A stretch of DNA of 64,000 nucleotides from Vicinamibacteria bacterium (GTDB lineage: Bacteria; Acidobacteriota; Vicinamibacteria; Marinacidobacterales; Marinacidobacteraceae): assembly GCA_964291235.2 (NCBI GenBank), contig OZ219816.1:160001-224000 (forward strand). Direction: 5' to 3'. The stretch's first letter is position 1. Each line of letters opens with the position of its first letter. The position numbers and the translations under genes are program-made. The notes beneath the pieces are model-generated. The model was not told the DNA's origin. It searched no databases and saw only the letters and a list, made by a program, of their open reading frames with translations. Of the stretch, positions 46,531 through 56,441 are shown in pieces.

Positions 46531-48897
46531 ATGATCGCCGCGCTCGACCGCAAGCTGCTCCGCGACCTCTGGCGGGTCCGCTCCATGGGGTTCACCATCG
46601 CCGTGGTCGTCGCGTCGGGGATCGCCCTGCTCATCGCGTCGCTCATCTGCTTCGACTCGCTGGAGTCGACTCGCGACCGCTACTACGCCAGGAACGAGTT
46701 CGGCGACGTCTTCGCGAACGCCAAGCGGGTCCCGAGGTGGGTCGCCGGGAGTCTCGACGAGCTGCCCGGGGTGGAGAAGGTGGACACGCGAGTCGTGGCC
46801 GGAGTCACGCTCGACGTGCCGGGCAGCACCGAACCGGTCAACGGCCGCCTCATCTCGCTGCCGGACAGCGGCCGCCCGGTCCTCAACGGCGTCACGCTGC
46901 GCAGCGGCCGCTTCCCCGACCCGGGACGTGCGGAGGAGGCGCTCGTCAACGAACGCTTCGCCCAGGGGCACGGGCTCGCACTGGGCGACCAGGTCTTCGC
47001 GGTGATCAACGGCCGGCGCCAGCGGCTCGAGATCGTGGGGACGGTGCTTTCGCCGGAGTACGTCTATGCGATCGCCGGCGGCGACCTGCTGCCGGACCCG
47101 ACGCGGTTCGGGGTCTTCTGGATGGCGCGCCGGCACCTCGCGACCGCCTTCGACATGGAGGGAGGGTTCAACGACATCTCGCTCGCGCTCGCCGACGGCG
47201 CGCCCGCCGAGCCCGCGATCGTCGAGCTGGACCGCCTGCTCGAGCCGTACGGCGGCCTCGGGGCCATTCCCCGCGCCCAGCAGATCTCCCACTGGTACCT
47301 CCAGAACGAGTTGACGGGGCTCCGCGGCATGGCGCTGCTGATGCCGATGATCTTCCTGGGGATCGCGGCCTTCCTCCTGAACGTCGTGCTCCGGCGGATG
47401 GTCGCGGTCCAGCGGGAACAGATCGCGGTTCTCAAGGCGGTCGGCTACTCGAACCTGCGCCTCGGGCTCCACTACACCCAGTGGGCGGGAGCGGTGTCCG
47501 TCCTGGGGGGCGCGCTCGGGATCGCGCTCGGGGCGCTGATGAGCGCCGGGATGCTCAACCTCTACATGGAGTACTTCCGCTTCCCGGACCTGATCACCCG
47601 TTGGAGCTCGACGCACATCCTCGGCGCGCTGTTCGCCTGCGGGGCGGCGTCCGTGCTCGGCGCCGCGGCCGCGGTCAAGAGCGTGGTGCGTTTGCCGCCC
47701 GCGGAAGCGATGCGCCCCGCCCTGCCGGACAGCTTCCGCGTTTCGCTGCTGGAACGGCTGGGGCTCCGGCGGTGGCTGACCCAGCCCCTGCGCATGGTCC
47801 TCCGCAACCTGTCCCGCCGCCCGCTCCGCGCCGCGATGTCCGTGGTCGGCATCGCCTTCTCGGCCGCCCTCATGGTGATGGCGAGCGCCGCCATGGACTC
47901 CTTCGAGGAGCTCATGCAGCTCCAGTTCAACGTGGTCCAGCGCCAGGACGTAACGGTGACCTTCTTCGAACCGGAAGGGCGCGCCGCCTACTACGAGCTG
48001 GCGTCGGTGCCGGGCGTCCTCGAGGTCGAACCGCTGAACGGGGTGTCCGCCCGCCTCCGGAACGGAAACCGGAACCGCCAGGTCGGGATCCAGGCGCTCC
48101 AGCCCGACGCCCGGCTCCAGCGGGTGGTGGGCGCCGACTACCAGCCGGTGCAGCTCGACCGGGCGGGGCTGATCCTCTCGCGGAAGCTGGCTGACGTGCT
48201 TGGCGTCGAGCCGGGGGACGCCCTGCGGGTGGAGGCGCTCCAGGGCACGCGGCCCGAGCAGGACATGGTGGTGAGCGCCACCGTGGACGATCTGATGGGC
48301 GTTTCCGCCTATATGGAGCCGGATGCGCTCCGGCGCTTCCTCAGCGACACGGCGACCCTGAGCGGAGCGGCGCTCGCGATCGACCCGGCGGCGCGCGAGT
48401 CGGTGTACGCCTCGCTCAAGGGGATGCCGGTGGTGGCGGGCGTCGCGCTCCAGCACGCCATGATGGAGAACTTCGAGACCTTCGTGGCCGAGAACGTGAA
48501 CAACCAGTTGGCGATCAACCTGCTCTTCGCGATGGCGATCGCGTTCGGGGTGATCTACAACACGGCGCGCATCTCGCTCTCGGAGCGGAGCCGCGAGCTC
48601 GCCAGCATGCGGGTCATGGGCTTCACCCGTGCGGAGATCGGCGTCGTGCTCTTCGGCGAACTGGCCATCCTGACGGCGGCGGCGATCCCGGTCGGGCTGG
48701 CGCTCGGCTATTCCATGCTGGCGGGTATGGTGGCCGCCTACGAGACCGAGCTGTTCCGGATGCCGCTGGTCGCCGAACCGGGCACCTTCGCGTGGGCCTC
48801 CGCCGCGGTCGCCGTCGCCATGGGGCTCTCGGCGCTCGTGGTCCGCCGTAAATTGAACCGGCTCGATCTCGTGGAAGTACTGAAGACGCGCGAATAA
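46531..48897 (+). CDS. FtsX/MacB-type ABC permease (duplicated architecture)
   Basis: [56 protein letters not shown]. Confidence 0.9.
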   Translation: MIAALDRKLLRDLWRVRSMGFTIAVVVASGIALLIASLICFDSLESTRDRYYARNEFGDVFANAKRVPRWVAGSLDELPGVEKVDTRVVAGVTLDVPGSTEPVNGRLISLPDSGRPVLNGVTLRSGRFPDPGRAEEALVNERFAQGHGLALGDQVFAVINGRRQRLEIVGTVLSPEYVYAIAGGDLLPDPTRFGVFWMARRHLATAFDMEGGFNDISLALADGAPAEPAIVELDRLLEPYGGLGAIPRAQQISHWYLQNELTGLRGMALLMPMIFLGIAAFLLNVVLRRMVAVQREQIAVLKAVGYSNLRLGLHYTQWAGAVSVLGGALGIALGALMSAGMLNLYMEYFRFPDLITRWSSTHILGALFACGAASVLGAAAAVKSVVRLPPAEAMRPALPDSFRVSLLERLGLRRWLTQPLRMVLRNLSRRPLRAAMSVVGIAFSAALMVMASAAMDSFEELMQLQFNVVQRQDVTVTFFEPEGRAAYYELASVPGVLEVEPLNGVSARLRNGNRNRQVGIQALQPDARLQRVVGADYQPVQLDRAGLILSRKLADVLGVEPGDALRVEALQGTRPEQDMVVSATVDDLMGVSAYMEPDALRRFLSDTATLSGAALAIDPAARESVYASLKGMPVVAGVALQHAMMENFETFVAENVNNQLAINLLFAMAIAFGVIYNTARISLSERSRELASMRVMGFTRAEIGVVLFGELAILTAAAIPVGLALGYSMLAGMVAAYETELFRMPLVAEPGTFAWASAAVAVAMGLSALVVRRKLNRLDLVEVLKTRE

Positions 48898-48910
48898 TCA
48901 GGGGAGCAAC

Positions 48911-50134
48911 ATGAAAAAACGACGGCGTCTCGTCATCTGGGGCATCGCCCTGGTGGGAGTCATCGCGCTCATCACGCTCGCCTCGCGCCCCCGCCCGATC
49001 CCCGTGGACGTAGCCGCGGTGGTGCGCGGCACGCTCTCGGTGACGCTCGACGAAGAAGGCGAGACGCGGGTCCGGGACCGGTTCGAGATCTCCGCGCCGG
49101 TGTCCGGGCGGGTCCTCCGCATCGAACTCGAGCCCGGCGATCCGGTGCTCGCCGCGGAGAGCGTGCTCGCCACGTTCCTGCCCGCGTCGCCGGTGCCGCT
49201 CGACCCGCGCCAGCGGGCGGAAGCCGCCGCCGCGGTCGAGGCCGCGGAAGCCGCGGTGGGGCGGGCCGAGGCGCTCCACGAGCAGGCGGCGCAGGAGCGC
49301 GCGTTCGCCGAGTCCACCCTGAACCGGCTGCGCCGACTTCAGCAGGAGGGCGTCAGTTCCGAAGAACAGCTTGAAATGGCCCAGCTCGAACTCGACACCC
49401 GCCAGGAGGCGCTCGAGGCCGCGGAGTTCGCGGTCCGGGACGCACGCGGCAACCTGGCGGTCGCGCGGGCGCGCTTGCAGCGCTTCCGTTTCCGCCCCGG
49501 CGGCGGTGCAACCGGCAATCCCGAGGCGATCCAGATCTTTTCCCCGGTGGACGGCGTGGTGCTGCGACGGCTCCGGGAGAGCGAAGCGGTGGTGCCCCCC
49601 GGCGAGCCGCTGCTCGAGGTCGGCGACCCGCGGGAACTCGAAGTCGTCACCGACTATTTGTCGAACGACGCCGTGCGGATGCGCGCCGGGCAGTCCGCGC
49701 TCATCGACCGCTGGGGCGGCGACCGGCCCCTCCGCGGCCGGGTGCTCCGGGTCGAGCCGTCGGGATTCACCAAGATCTCGGCCCTCGGAGTCGAAGAACA
49801 GCGGGTCAACGTCGTGATGGAGCTCGAGGAGCCCTACGAGGCGCGGCCCAGCCTGGGAGACGCCTACCGGGTCGAGACCCGGGTGGTCGTCTGGGAGCAG
49901 GAGGAGCAGGTGAAGGTGCCGGTAGGCGCGCTCTTCCGCCGGGGAACCGACTGGGCCGTCTTCGTCGTCGAGGACGGGACAGCCGGCGAGCGGACCGTGG
50001 AGATCGGTGAACGCAACCGGCAGGAGGCGCAGGTCCTCGGCGGCCTGGAAGTCGGCGACCAGGTCGTCGTGTATCCCGGCGACAGCGTGGCCGACGGGGT
50101 CCCGGTCGCGGCGGCGAGCGCGGCGTCCGGATGA
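48911..50134 (+). CDS. Efflux periplasmic adaptor (HlyD/MacA-like)
   Basis: N-terminal TM; ISAPVSGRV...GDPV, SPVDGVVL, FTKISALGVEEQRVNV. Confidence 0.9.
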   Translation: MKKRRRLVIWGIALVGVIALITLASRPRPIPVDVAAVVRGTLSVTLDEEGETRVRDRFEISAPVSGRVLRIELEPGDPVLAAESVLATFLPASPVPLDPRQRAEAAAAVEAAEAAVGRAEALHEQAAQERAFAESTLNRLRRLQQEGVSSEEQLEMAQLELDTRQEALEAAEFAVRDARGNLAVARARLQRFRFRPGGGATGNPEAIQIFSPVDGVVLRRLRESEAVVPPGEPLLEVGDPRELEVVTDYLSNDAVRMRAGQSALIDRWGGDRPLRGRVLRVEPSGFTKISALGVEEQRVNVVMELEEPYEARPSLGDAYRVETRVVVWEQEEQVKVPVGALFRRGTDWAVFVVEDGTAGERTVEIGERNRQEAQVLGGLEVGDQVVVYPGDSVADGVPVAAASAASG

Positions 50135-51414
50135 CGGAGGGTTCGGGGACCGCCGACCTTCGGGACGCGTTCTGGCGGATTCGCCGGCAGACCACGGAGC
50201 TCGCGGCGCCCCTCGCCATCGAGGACTACGTGGCGCAGTCCATGCCGGACGCGCGTCCGGCGAAGTGGCACCTGGGCCACACCTCGTGGTTCTTCGAGAC
50301 GTTCGTGCTGACGGCGCCCGGCGTTTCCGGCCGCGGCGGCAGCTATTCCCCGGCGCGCCCCGAGTACCAGGCGATCTTCGGCGTGTCCGGCGCCGGCGTC
50401 TCCCAGCCGGGACCGGTCAGCCGCGAGCGCGGCGTCCTGTCCCGGCCGACGGTGGCCGAGGTCTTCGACTACCGGCGGCGGGTGGACGAGGGGATCGAGG
50501 AACTCCTCGCGGGAGAGGTGTCCAGCGAGGCGCGGGAGCTGGTGGTGCTCGGGCTGCACCACGAACAGCAGCACCAGGAGCGGCTGCTCGCCGACCTGAA
50601 GCACCTGTTCTCGATGAACCCGCTCCATCCGGCTTACGGGGAGGCGACGCCGCGCGCGCCCGGAACGGCTCCGCCTCCGCTGCGGTTCCTGTCGTTCGCT
50701 GGGGGAACGCTGCCCTTCGGCCACCAGGGGACGGGTTTCGCGTTCGACAATGAAAGACCCCGCCACGAGCGGCTGATCGCGCCGTTCCAGCTCGGTTCGC
50801 GGTTGATCACGAACGGCGAATACCTCGAATTCATCGAGGAGGGCGGCTACCGGGAGTCCTCGCTCTGGCTCTCGGACGGGTGGGACGCCCGGGTGGCGGG
50901 CGGCTGGGAAGCGCCGCTCCACTGGGTCCGGGAGGGCGACGGCTTCAATGAGTTCACACTCGGGGGGCTGGCGGCGCTCGCGTCCGAAAGCCCGGTCCAC
51001 CACTTGAGCTACTTCGAGGCGGACGCCTTCGCACGCTGGCGGGAGGCCCGCCTCCCGACCGAGTTCGAGTGGGAAACGGCGGCGGCGGACCGGCCGCTCA
51101 CCGGGACGTTCCTGGAAGAAGGCGGCCTCCGGCCCCTGCCGGCGCCCAAGGCCGCCCGCGGCGGATCGTCCGGCCCGGCGCAACTCTTCGGGGACGCCTG
51201 GGAGTGGACCGCGAGCCCCTATCTCCCCTACCCGGGGTTCCGCCCGTCCGGCGTCTTTGGCCAATCGAGCGGCAGATCCATGTCGGGCCGGATGGTGCTC
51301 CGCGGGGGATCGTGCTTCACGCCGGCCTCCCACCTCCGGGCCACCTACCGCCACGTCCTGCGACCCGACGCCCGCTGGCAGGCGACCGGGATCCGGATCG
51401 CTCGCGACCGGTAG
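50131..51414 (+). CDS. egtB: EgtB-family (DinB + FGE-like) non-heme iron enzyme with a divergent active site
   Basis: KWHLGHTSWFFETF, GLHHEQQHQE (iron His triad), FAFDNERPRH, RLPTEFEWE, GDAWEWTAS, VLRGGS; ATGA overlap with the MFP gene. Confidence 0.8.
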   Translation: MTEGSGTADLRDAFWRIRRQTTELAAPLAIEDYVAQSMPDARPAKWHLGHTSWFFETFVLTAPGVSGRGGSYSPARPEYQAIFGVSGAGVSQPGPVSRERGVLSRPTVAEVFDYRRRVDEGIEELLAGEVSSEARELVVLGLHHEQQHQERLLADLKHLFSMNPLHPAYGEATPRAPGTAPPPLRFLSFAGGTLPFGHQGTGFAFDNERPRHERLIAPFQLGSRLITNGEYLEFIEEGGYRESSLWLSDGWDARVAGGWEAPLHWVREGDGFNEFTLGGLAALASESPVHHLSYFEADAFARWREARLPTEFEWETAAADRPLTGTFLEEGGLRPLPAPKAARGGSSGPAQLFGDAWEWTASPYLPYPGFRPSGVFGQSSGRSMSGRMVLRGGSCFTPASHLRATYRHVLRPDARWQATGIRIARDR

Positions 51415-51430
51415 CCTCGGCGGCCTTCGC

Positions 51431-52369
51431 GTGCCTGATTTCGCTCTCGCGCGCACCGCCGCCCGCGCTGAGATCCGGGCCGGACTGCTCGGCGATCCAC
51501 CCCGGATTTCGCCCAAGTTCTTCTACGACCGGGCGGGATCGGAACTCTTCGAGCAGATCACCCGGACGCCCGAGTACTACCTGACCTCGACCGAGGTCGG
51601 GATCCTGGAGACGCGGCGGGCGGAGATCGCAGCCGGGATCGGCCCCCGCGCGGTGCTCGCCGAGATCGCGAGCGGGAGCGCCCGGAAGGCGCGCATCGTG
51701 CTCGGCGCCCTCGACGCGCCGGCCGCCTACGTCCCGGTGGACATCTCGGAAGCGACCCTCGCCGGCGAAGCTGCGGCGCTCCGGCGCGACTTCCCGGGCC
51801 TCCGGGTGCTCCCGGTGGCGGTGGATTTCTCGCGGGACTTCGCCTTCCCGGAGTTCCCCTTCGACCACGACCGGATCGCGATCTTCTACGCGGGCTCGTC
51901 GCTCGGGAACTTCGAGCCGGAGGAGGCGGCGGCCTTTCTCGCGCGGCTCGGGCGCGCCGCCGACCCGGGGTCGCGGCTCCTGCTCGGCGCCGACCGCAAG
52001 AAGGACAAGGCGACCCTCGACCGCACCTACAACGATCCGGGGGGCCTGAACGCCGCCTTCAACCGCAACATCCTGAACAACGTGAACCGGTTGGCGGACG
52101 GCGACTTCGACCCGGAGAAGTGGATCCCGCACCAGTTCTACGTCGAGCGGCGCGGTCGGATCGAGCTATGGCTCGAGAGCGCCGAGGACCAGACCGTCCG
52201 GGTGGCCGGCGAGGTGTTTCGGTTTGCCGCCGGCGACCGGATCCACACCGAGAACTCCTACAAGTACGACGTGGACGAGGTTCTCGCGCTCGCGGCCCCG
52301 GCGTGGACCCCGCTCCACGTCTGGAGCGACCCGGCCGAACGCTTCAGCGTCTTCCTGTTCGGCTGCTGA
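51431..52369 (+). CDS. egtD: EgtD-family (Methyltransf_33) amino-acid N-alpha-methyltransferase
   Basis: PKFFYD..GSELFEQIT..PEYY, YVPVDIS, GSSLGNF, AAFNRN, HTENSYKY; GTG start. Confidence 0.82.
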   Translation: MPDFALARTAARAEIRAGLLGDPPRISPKFFYDRAGSELFEQITRTPEYYLTSTEVGILETRRAEIAAGIGPRAVLAEIASGSARKARIVLGALDAPAAYVPVDISEATLAGEAAALRRDFPGLRVLPVAVDFSRDFAFPEFPFDHDRIAIFYAGSSLGNFEPEEAAAFLARLGRAADPGSRLLLGADRKKDKATLDRTYNDPGGLNAAFNRNILNNVNRLADGDFDPEKWIPHQFYVERRGRIELWLESAEDQTVRVAGEVFRFAAGDRIHTENSYKYDVDEVLALAAPAWTPLHVWSDPAERFSVFLFGC

Positions 52370-52590
52370 CCCAGACCGGAAACCGTCGGCCTCTAGTGAC
52401 GTCCGCGCTGGAGGCAATTCAAGATGGCACTATCTTTGCTGCACAAAGCCAATCCATCCGCTTCCACGCCAAAGACGTCACTATCGGCGATGCCGAACCG
52501 CGACCCTGCGCGGGTCATCGCGCCCGGTGGATGGGCCCAACGCACTCGCAAGCCCGACTAGAATCGACGACTGGATCGCGGGCAAGACCG

Positions 52591-53061
52591 GTGCGCAGGG
52601 ACAGCGAACGTCAGCACCTGAAGCTTCTCGTCGCCAAGATAACCGTTCTGGTTTTGTCCTCCGGCTGTGTCTACCAATCGCAGACAGTCCGGCTGCCGAA
52701 CACTGCCGCTCCAACGAAGCCGATCCGATCGATTTCTGTTGCCGCTGGCGGCGTCCTCGCCGAGGCCATCGGCTTCGAGCTGGCTGCCAACTACGAATTC
52801 GAGCTGGTGGCCGATGGTGCCGACGCGGTAATCGAGGCAACGTGGGAAGCTGGATATGACGGCAAGCCGGAGACGGTTTTCGTACAGCTGATCGACGCCC
52901 AATCCGCAGCCGTGGTTGGCGCCGTGAGGTGGCACAACTCCGGCGGTGGCGAGAAAGGCTCCGCGTTGGACCGACGCACCCGGAAGGACGTCACGGCGGC
53001 CGCGGCCGAAATCGCGTACGAATTGATTTACGAGCTACCTCAGTTCTGGCAGAACCGTTGA
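52591..53061 (+). CDS. Hypothetical lipoprotein
   Basis: Hydrophobic stretch ending LSSGC; lower-GC segment; start codon uncertain. Confidence 0.5.
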   Translation: MRRDSERQHLKLLVAKITVLVLSSGCVYQSQTVRLPNTAAPTKPIRSISVAAGGVLAEAIGFELAANYEFELVADGADAVIEATWEAGYDGKPETVFVQLIDAQSAAVVGAVRWHNSGGGEKGSALDRRTRKDVTAAAAEIAYELIYELPQFWQNR

Positions 53062-53252
53062 GGCCGCAGCTCCCGAGGGTTCATCGGGTCGGCGCCGGCG
53101 CGAAGCATTCTTCCGTTACCGACGCAATGCCGACCAGCACTGGGCGTACCCCGCTGGCGCGCGCCTCAAATCGGTTCCGGAGCGTGCATTCACGACCATG
53201 GTGGCCGCGACGCCGGTCTTGAGACCGGCCGTCCTCCCCGATAATCCCACCC

Positions 53253-55184
53253 ATGATCCGACTCGCCGTCCCGATCCTCCTGGCCGCTTTCGCGGCCGCA
53301 GCCTCCGCCCAACCCGCGGAAGAACGCGTCGAGTGGCCCTCCTGGGGCGGCGATCCGGGCTCGATGCACTACTCCCCGTTGACCAAAATCAACCGGGACA
53401 ACGTCTCCGGCCTGAAACTCGCCTGGGAGTGGGACACCGGCGAGGGACCGCTCAGCGGGCCCCGGCTGCCGGTGCCCGACAACCCGGTGCGCCCCGGCAG
53501 CTTCGAGAACACCCCGCTGGTATACGACGGGGTGATGTACGTGAGCACCTCCTACAACAAGGTGGTGACCCTGAACCCCGACACCGGGGAGGTCCTGTGG
53601 ACCTACGACCCCCGGATCACCGAGTGGGGCCAGGTGCCGAACGGGACCGGCTTCGTGCACCGGGGGGTCGCGCTCTGGGAGGACGCCGACGGGAAGCGGC
53701 GCGTCTTCCTGAACAGCCGCTGGCGGCTCATCTCGATCGACACCGTCACCGGCGAGCCCGACCCGTCGTTCGGGGACGGCGGCGAGATCGATCTCACCGC
53801 CCAGCTGGTCTGGCCCATCAACCGCCTCCACTACACCCAGACCTCGCCCCCGGTCGTCTTCGAGGACCTGGTGATCCTGGGGAACGGGGTCTGGGACCGC
53901 TTCGTTTACGAGCGCGACCCGCCGGGAAACGTGCAGGCGTTCAGCACGAAGACCGGCGAACTGGTCTGGTCCTTCAACCTGATCCCCCAGCCCGGGGAGT
54001 TCGGGAACGACACCTGGGAGGACGGCGCCTGGGACCGGGTGGGCCACACGAACGTCTGGGCGCCGATGTCGCTCGACGCCGAGCGGGGGCTCATCTACCT
54101 GCCGGTGGGAACGCCGAGCAACGACTACTACGGCGGCGGCCGCCTCGGGGACAACCTCTTCGCGGAGGCCATCGTCTGCCTTGACGCCCGCACCGGGGAG
54201 CGGGTCTGGCACTTCCAGACCGTGAAGCACGGCCTCTGGGACTACGACCTGCCGGCCGCGCCGACGCTGCTCACCATCAACGTGGACGGCCGGGAGATCG
54301 ACGCGGTGGCGGCCCCCGCGAAGACCGGCTTCGTGTACGTCTTCGACCGGGTCACCGGCGAACCGGTCTGGCCCATCGAGGACCGTGCGGTTCCGGCGAG
54401 CGACGTTCCCGGCGAGCGCGCGGCCGAGACGCAGCCCTTCCCGACGAGACCGGCGCCCTTCGCCAAGCAGAGCTTCACGGAGGACGAGGTCATCGCCTTC
54501 ACCCCCGAGCTGCGCGAGGAGGCGCTCGCCATCGTGCGGAAGTACCGCATGGGAGGCCTCTACACCCCGCCGTCGCTCGAAGGAACGATCGCCAATCCGG
54601 GAATCCTGGGCGGCGCGAACTGGGGCGGCGCGGCGGCCGACCCCGAAACCGGGGTGATCTACATCAAGGCCAACGAGTTCCCCGCCCTGCTCGCCATCAC
54701 CGAGGCCAACCCGGACCAGACCGAGGGCCGCTACTGGCTCGACCGCGAGCGCCGGTCGCTGAACCTGCCGAACGGGCTGCCGATCAACAAGCCGCCCTAC
54801 GGCACCCTCACCGCAATCGACCTGAACACCGGGGACCACCTCTTCCAGGTGCCGGCCGGCAACAACTCGCTGGTCCGGAATCACCGGGCGCTCGAAGGCG
54901 TGGACCTCGGCGACGAGCGCCTCGGCATCGTGGGGGCGCCGGGGCCGATGGTCACCGGCGGCGGGCTCGTCTTCTTCACCGGAGGCGCCGACCATCTCTT
55001 CGCCATCGACAAGGCCACCGGCGCGGAACTGTGGGCGCACCCGCTGGGAGCGAGTTCCTACGCGAACCCGATGACCTACGAATCACCCGAGGGGGTGCAG
55101 TTCGTGGTGGTCGCGGTGGGGCGCGGCACCGGCAACAAACTGGTCGCGTTCTCGCTCGGGGAGCCGGACTCCGCCGGGAACTGA
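53253..55184 (+). CDS. PQQ-dependent dehydrogenase (glucose/quinate/shikimate family, periplasmic)
   Basis: Signal peptide; YSPLTKINRDNV..L..AW, ENTPL, HRGVA, WHFQTVKHGLWDYDLP, GGANWGG, PPYG, ANPMTY; Trp-docking repeats. Confidence 0.9.
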   Translation: MIRLAVPILLAAFAAAASAQPAEERVEWPSWGGDPGSMHYSPLTKINRDNVSGLKLAWEWDTGEGPLSGPRLPVPDNPVRPGSFENTPLVYDGVMYVSTSYNKVVTLNPDTGEVLWTYDPRITEWGQVPNGTGFVHRGVALWEDADGKRRVFLNSRWRLISIDTVTGEPDPSFGDGGEIDLTAQLVWPINRLHYTQTSPPVVFEDLVILGNGVWDRFVYERDPPGNVQAFSTKTGELVWSFNLIPQPGEFGNDTWEDGAWDRVGHTNVWAPMSLDAERGLIYLPVGTPSNDYYGGGRLGDNLFAEAIVCLDARTGERVWHFQTVKHGLWDYDLPAAPTLLTINVDGREIDAVAAPAKTGFVYVFDRVTGEPVWPIEDRAVPASDVPGERAAETQPFPTRPAPFAKQSFTEDEVIAFTPELREEALAIVRKYRMGGLYTPPSLEGTIANPGILGGANWGGAAADPETGVIYIKANEFPALLAITEANPDQTEGRYWLDRERRSLNLPNGLPINKPPYGTLTAIDLNTGDHLFQVPAGNNSLVRNHRALEGVDLGDERLGIVGAPGPMVTGGGLVFFTGGADHLFAIDKATGAELWAHPLGASSYANPMTYESPEGVQFVVVAVGRGTGNKLVAFSLGEPDSAGN

Positions 55185-55228
55185 GCGGACGGTATTCTTC
55201 CGGGTCACCCCACCGAGGAGAGTTCACC

Positions 55229-55753
55229 ATGCCCCTTCCCCCGCTCTACGACCCCGACGCCGTTCGTCCCATGTGGGAGGAACTGGCCGACTGCCGCGTG
55301 ACACCGCTTCATCAGCCGGAAGAGGTGGACCAAATGCTGGAAAGGCCGGGCACCGCCCTCGTGGTGGTCAACTCGGTCTGCGGGTGCGCCGCCGGCTCGG
55401 CGCGTCCGGGAGTCACCATGGCGCTCCAGCACGGCAAGATCCCCGACCACCTGGGGACGGTCTTCGCCGGAGTGGACCGCGACGCCACCGACCGCGCCCG
55501 CGGCTACATGACCGATGTCCCGCCGTCCTCCCCCGCCATCGCGCTGTTCAAGGACGGCCAGTTGATCCACATGCTCGAGCGGCGGCACATCGAACGGATG
55601 GCGCCGGACATGGTCGCGGCGAACCTGGCAGCGGCGTTCGAAACGCACTGCGAGGCCGAGGGTCCCTCGGTCCCGCGCGACGTCTGGGAGCGCTCGGCGC
55701 GTGAACGGATGTGCGGCTCGAACGTCCCGATCTTCAACCCGACCTTCCGGTAG
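55229..55753 (+). CDS. BrxA/BrxB-family bacilliredoxin (YphP/YqiW, CGC motif)
   Basis: VVVNSVCGCAAGSARP, TVFAGVD..AT...R, PPSSPAIALFKDG, ERRHIE; GAGGAG RBS. Confidence 0.88.
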   Translation: MPLPPLYDPDAVRPMWEELADCRVTPLHQPEEVDQMLERPGTALVVVNSVCGCAAGSARPGVTMALQHGKIPDHLGTVFAGVDRDATDRARGYMTDVPPSSPAIALFKDGQLIHMLERRHIERMAPDMVAANLAAAFETHCEAEGPSVPRDVWERSARERMCGSNVPIFNPTFR

Positions 55754-55789
55754 CGCCGCTGGCGGCCTGCCGATCGGACGCGATCCCGC

Positions 55790-56437
55790 TTGTCCGGGGA
55801 TAGAGCGCCCGGGCTCCCGGGTTCGGGGCTGTTCCTGACCGTCGAGGGAGTCGAGGGCGGCGGCAAGTCCACGCTCGCTCAGCGTCTCGGGGCGCGGCTC
55901 CGTCGCGGGAGGCGCGAGGTCACCCTGACCCGCGAACCGGGCGGCACCGCCGCCGGGAGGGTCATCCGGGAACTGCTGCTGCACACCGAAGGACCCCTCA
56001 CGCCCGAAACGGAACTCGCGCTCTTCTTCGCCGCCCGGGCCCAGAACCTCTCCGAGGTGATCCTGCCGGCGCTCCGGCGGGGCGAGGTGGTGATTTCGGA
56101 CCGCTTCACCGATTCGACCGTCGCCTATCAGGGCGGTGGGCGGGGTTTGCCGGTGGAGAAGATCCTGGCCGTGGACCGGGCGGTCACCGGCGGCGTCCGC
56201 CCGCACCTGACGCTGGTGCTGGATCTGCCGGTCGCCGCCGGTTTCGCGCGCCTCAAGGGGACCGACCGCATCGAGCAGGAAGCGGCGCGCTTCCACCGCC
56301 GCGTCCGCGAGGGTTTCCTCCGGATCGCCCGCGCAGAACCCGAACGGGTCGTGGTGGTCCCGGCGGACCGGGCGCCCGACGAAGTCTTCGGGGCGGCGTG
56401 GGCCGCGGTCAGCGCCCGGTTGCCGGGGAAGGGCTGA
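55790..56437 (+). CDS. tmk: Thymidylate kinase
   Basis: EGVEGGGKST, TREPGGT, SDRFTDSTVAYQGGGR, DRIE. Confidence 0.93.
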   Translation: MSGDRAPGLPGSGLFLTVEGVEGGGKSTLAQRLGARLRRGRREVTLTREPGGTAAGRVIRELLLHTEGPLTPETELALFFAARAQNLSEVILPALRRGEVVISDRFTDSTVAYQGGGRGLPVEKILAVDRAVTGGVRPHLTLVLDLPVAAGFARLKGTDRIEQEAARFHRRVREGFLRIARAEPERVVVVPADRAPDEVFGAAWAAVSARLPGKG

Positions 56438-56441
56438 CCCG

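Noticed and set aside
50131-52369. Selenoneine (SenA) or ovothiol (OvoA) cluster
   Set aside because: No selD/senB neighbours and no fused C-terminal methyltransferase; the partner gene is EgtD-like.
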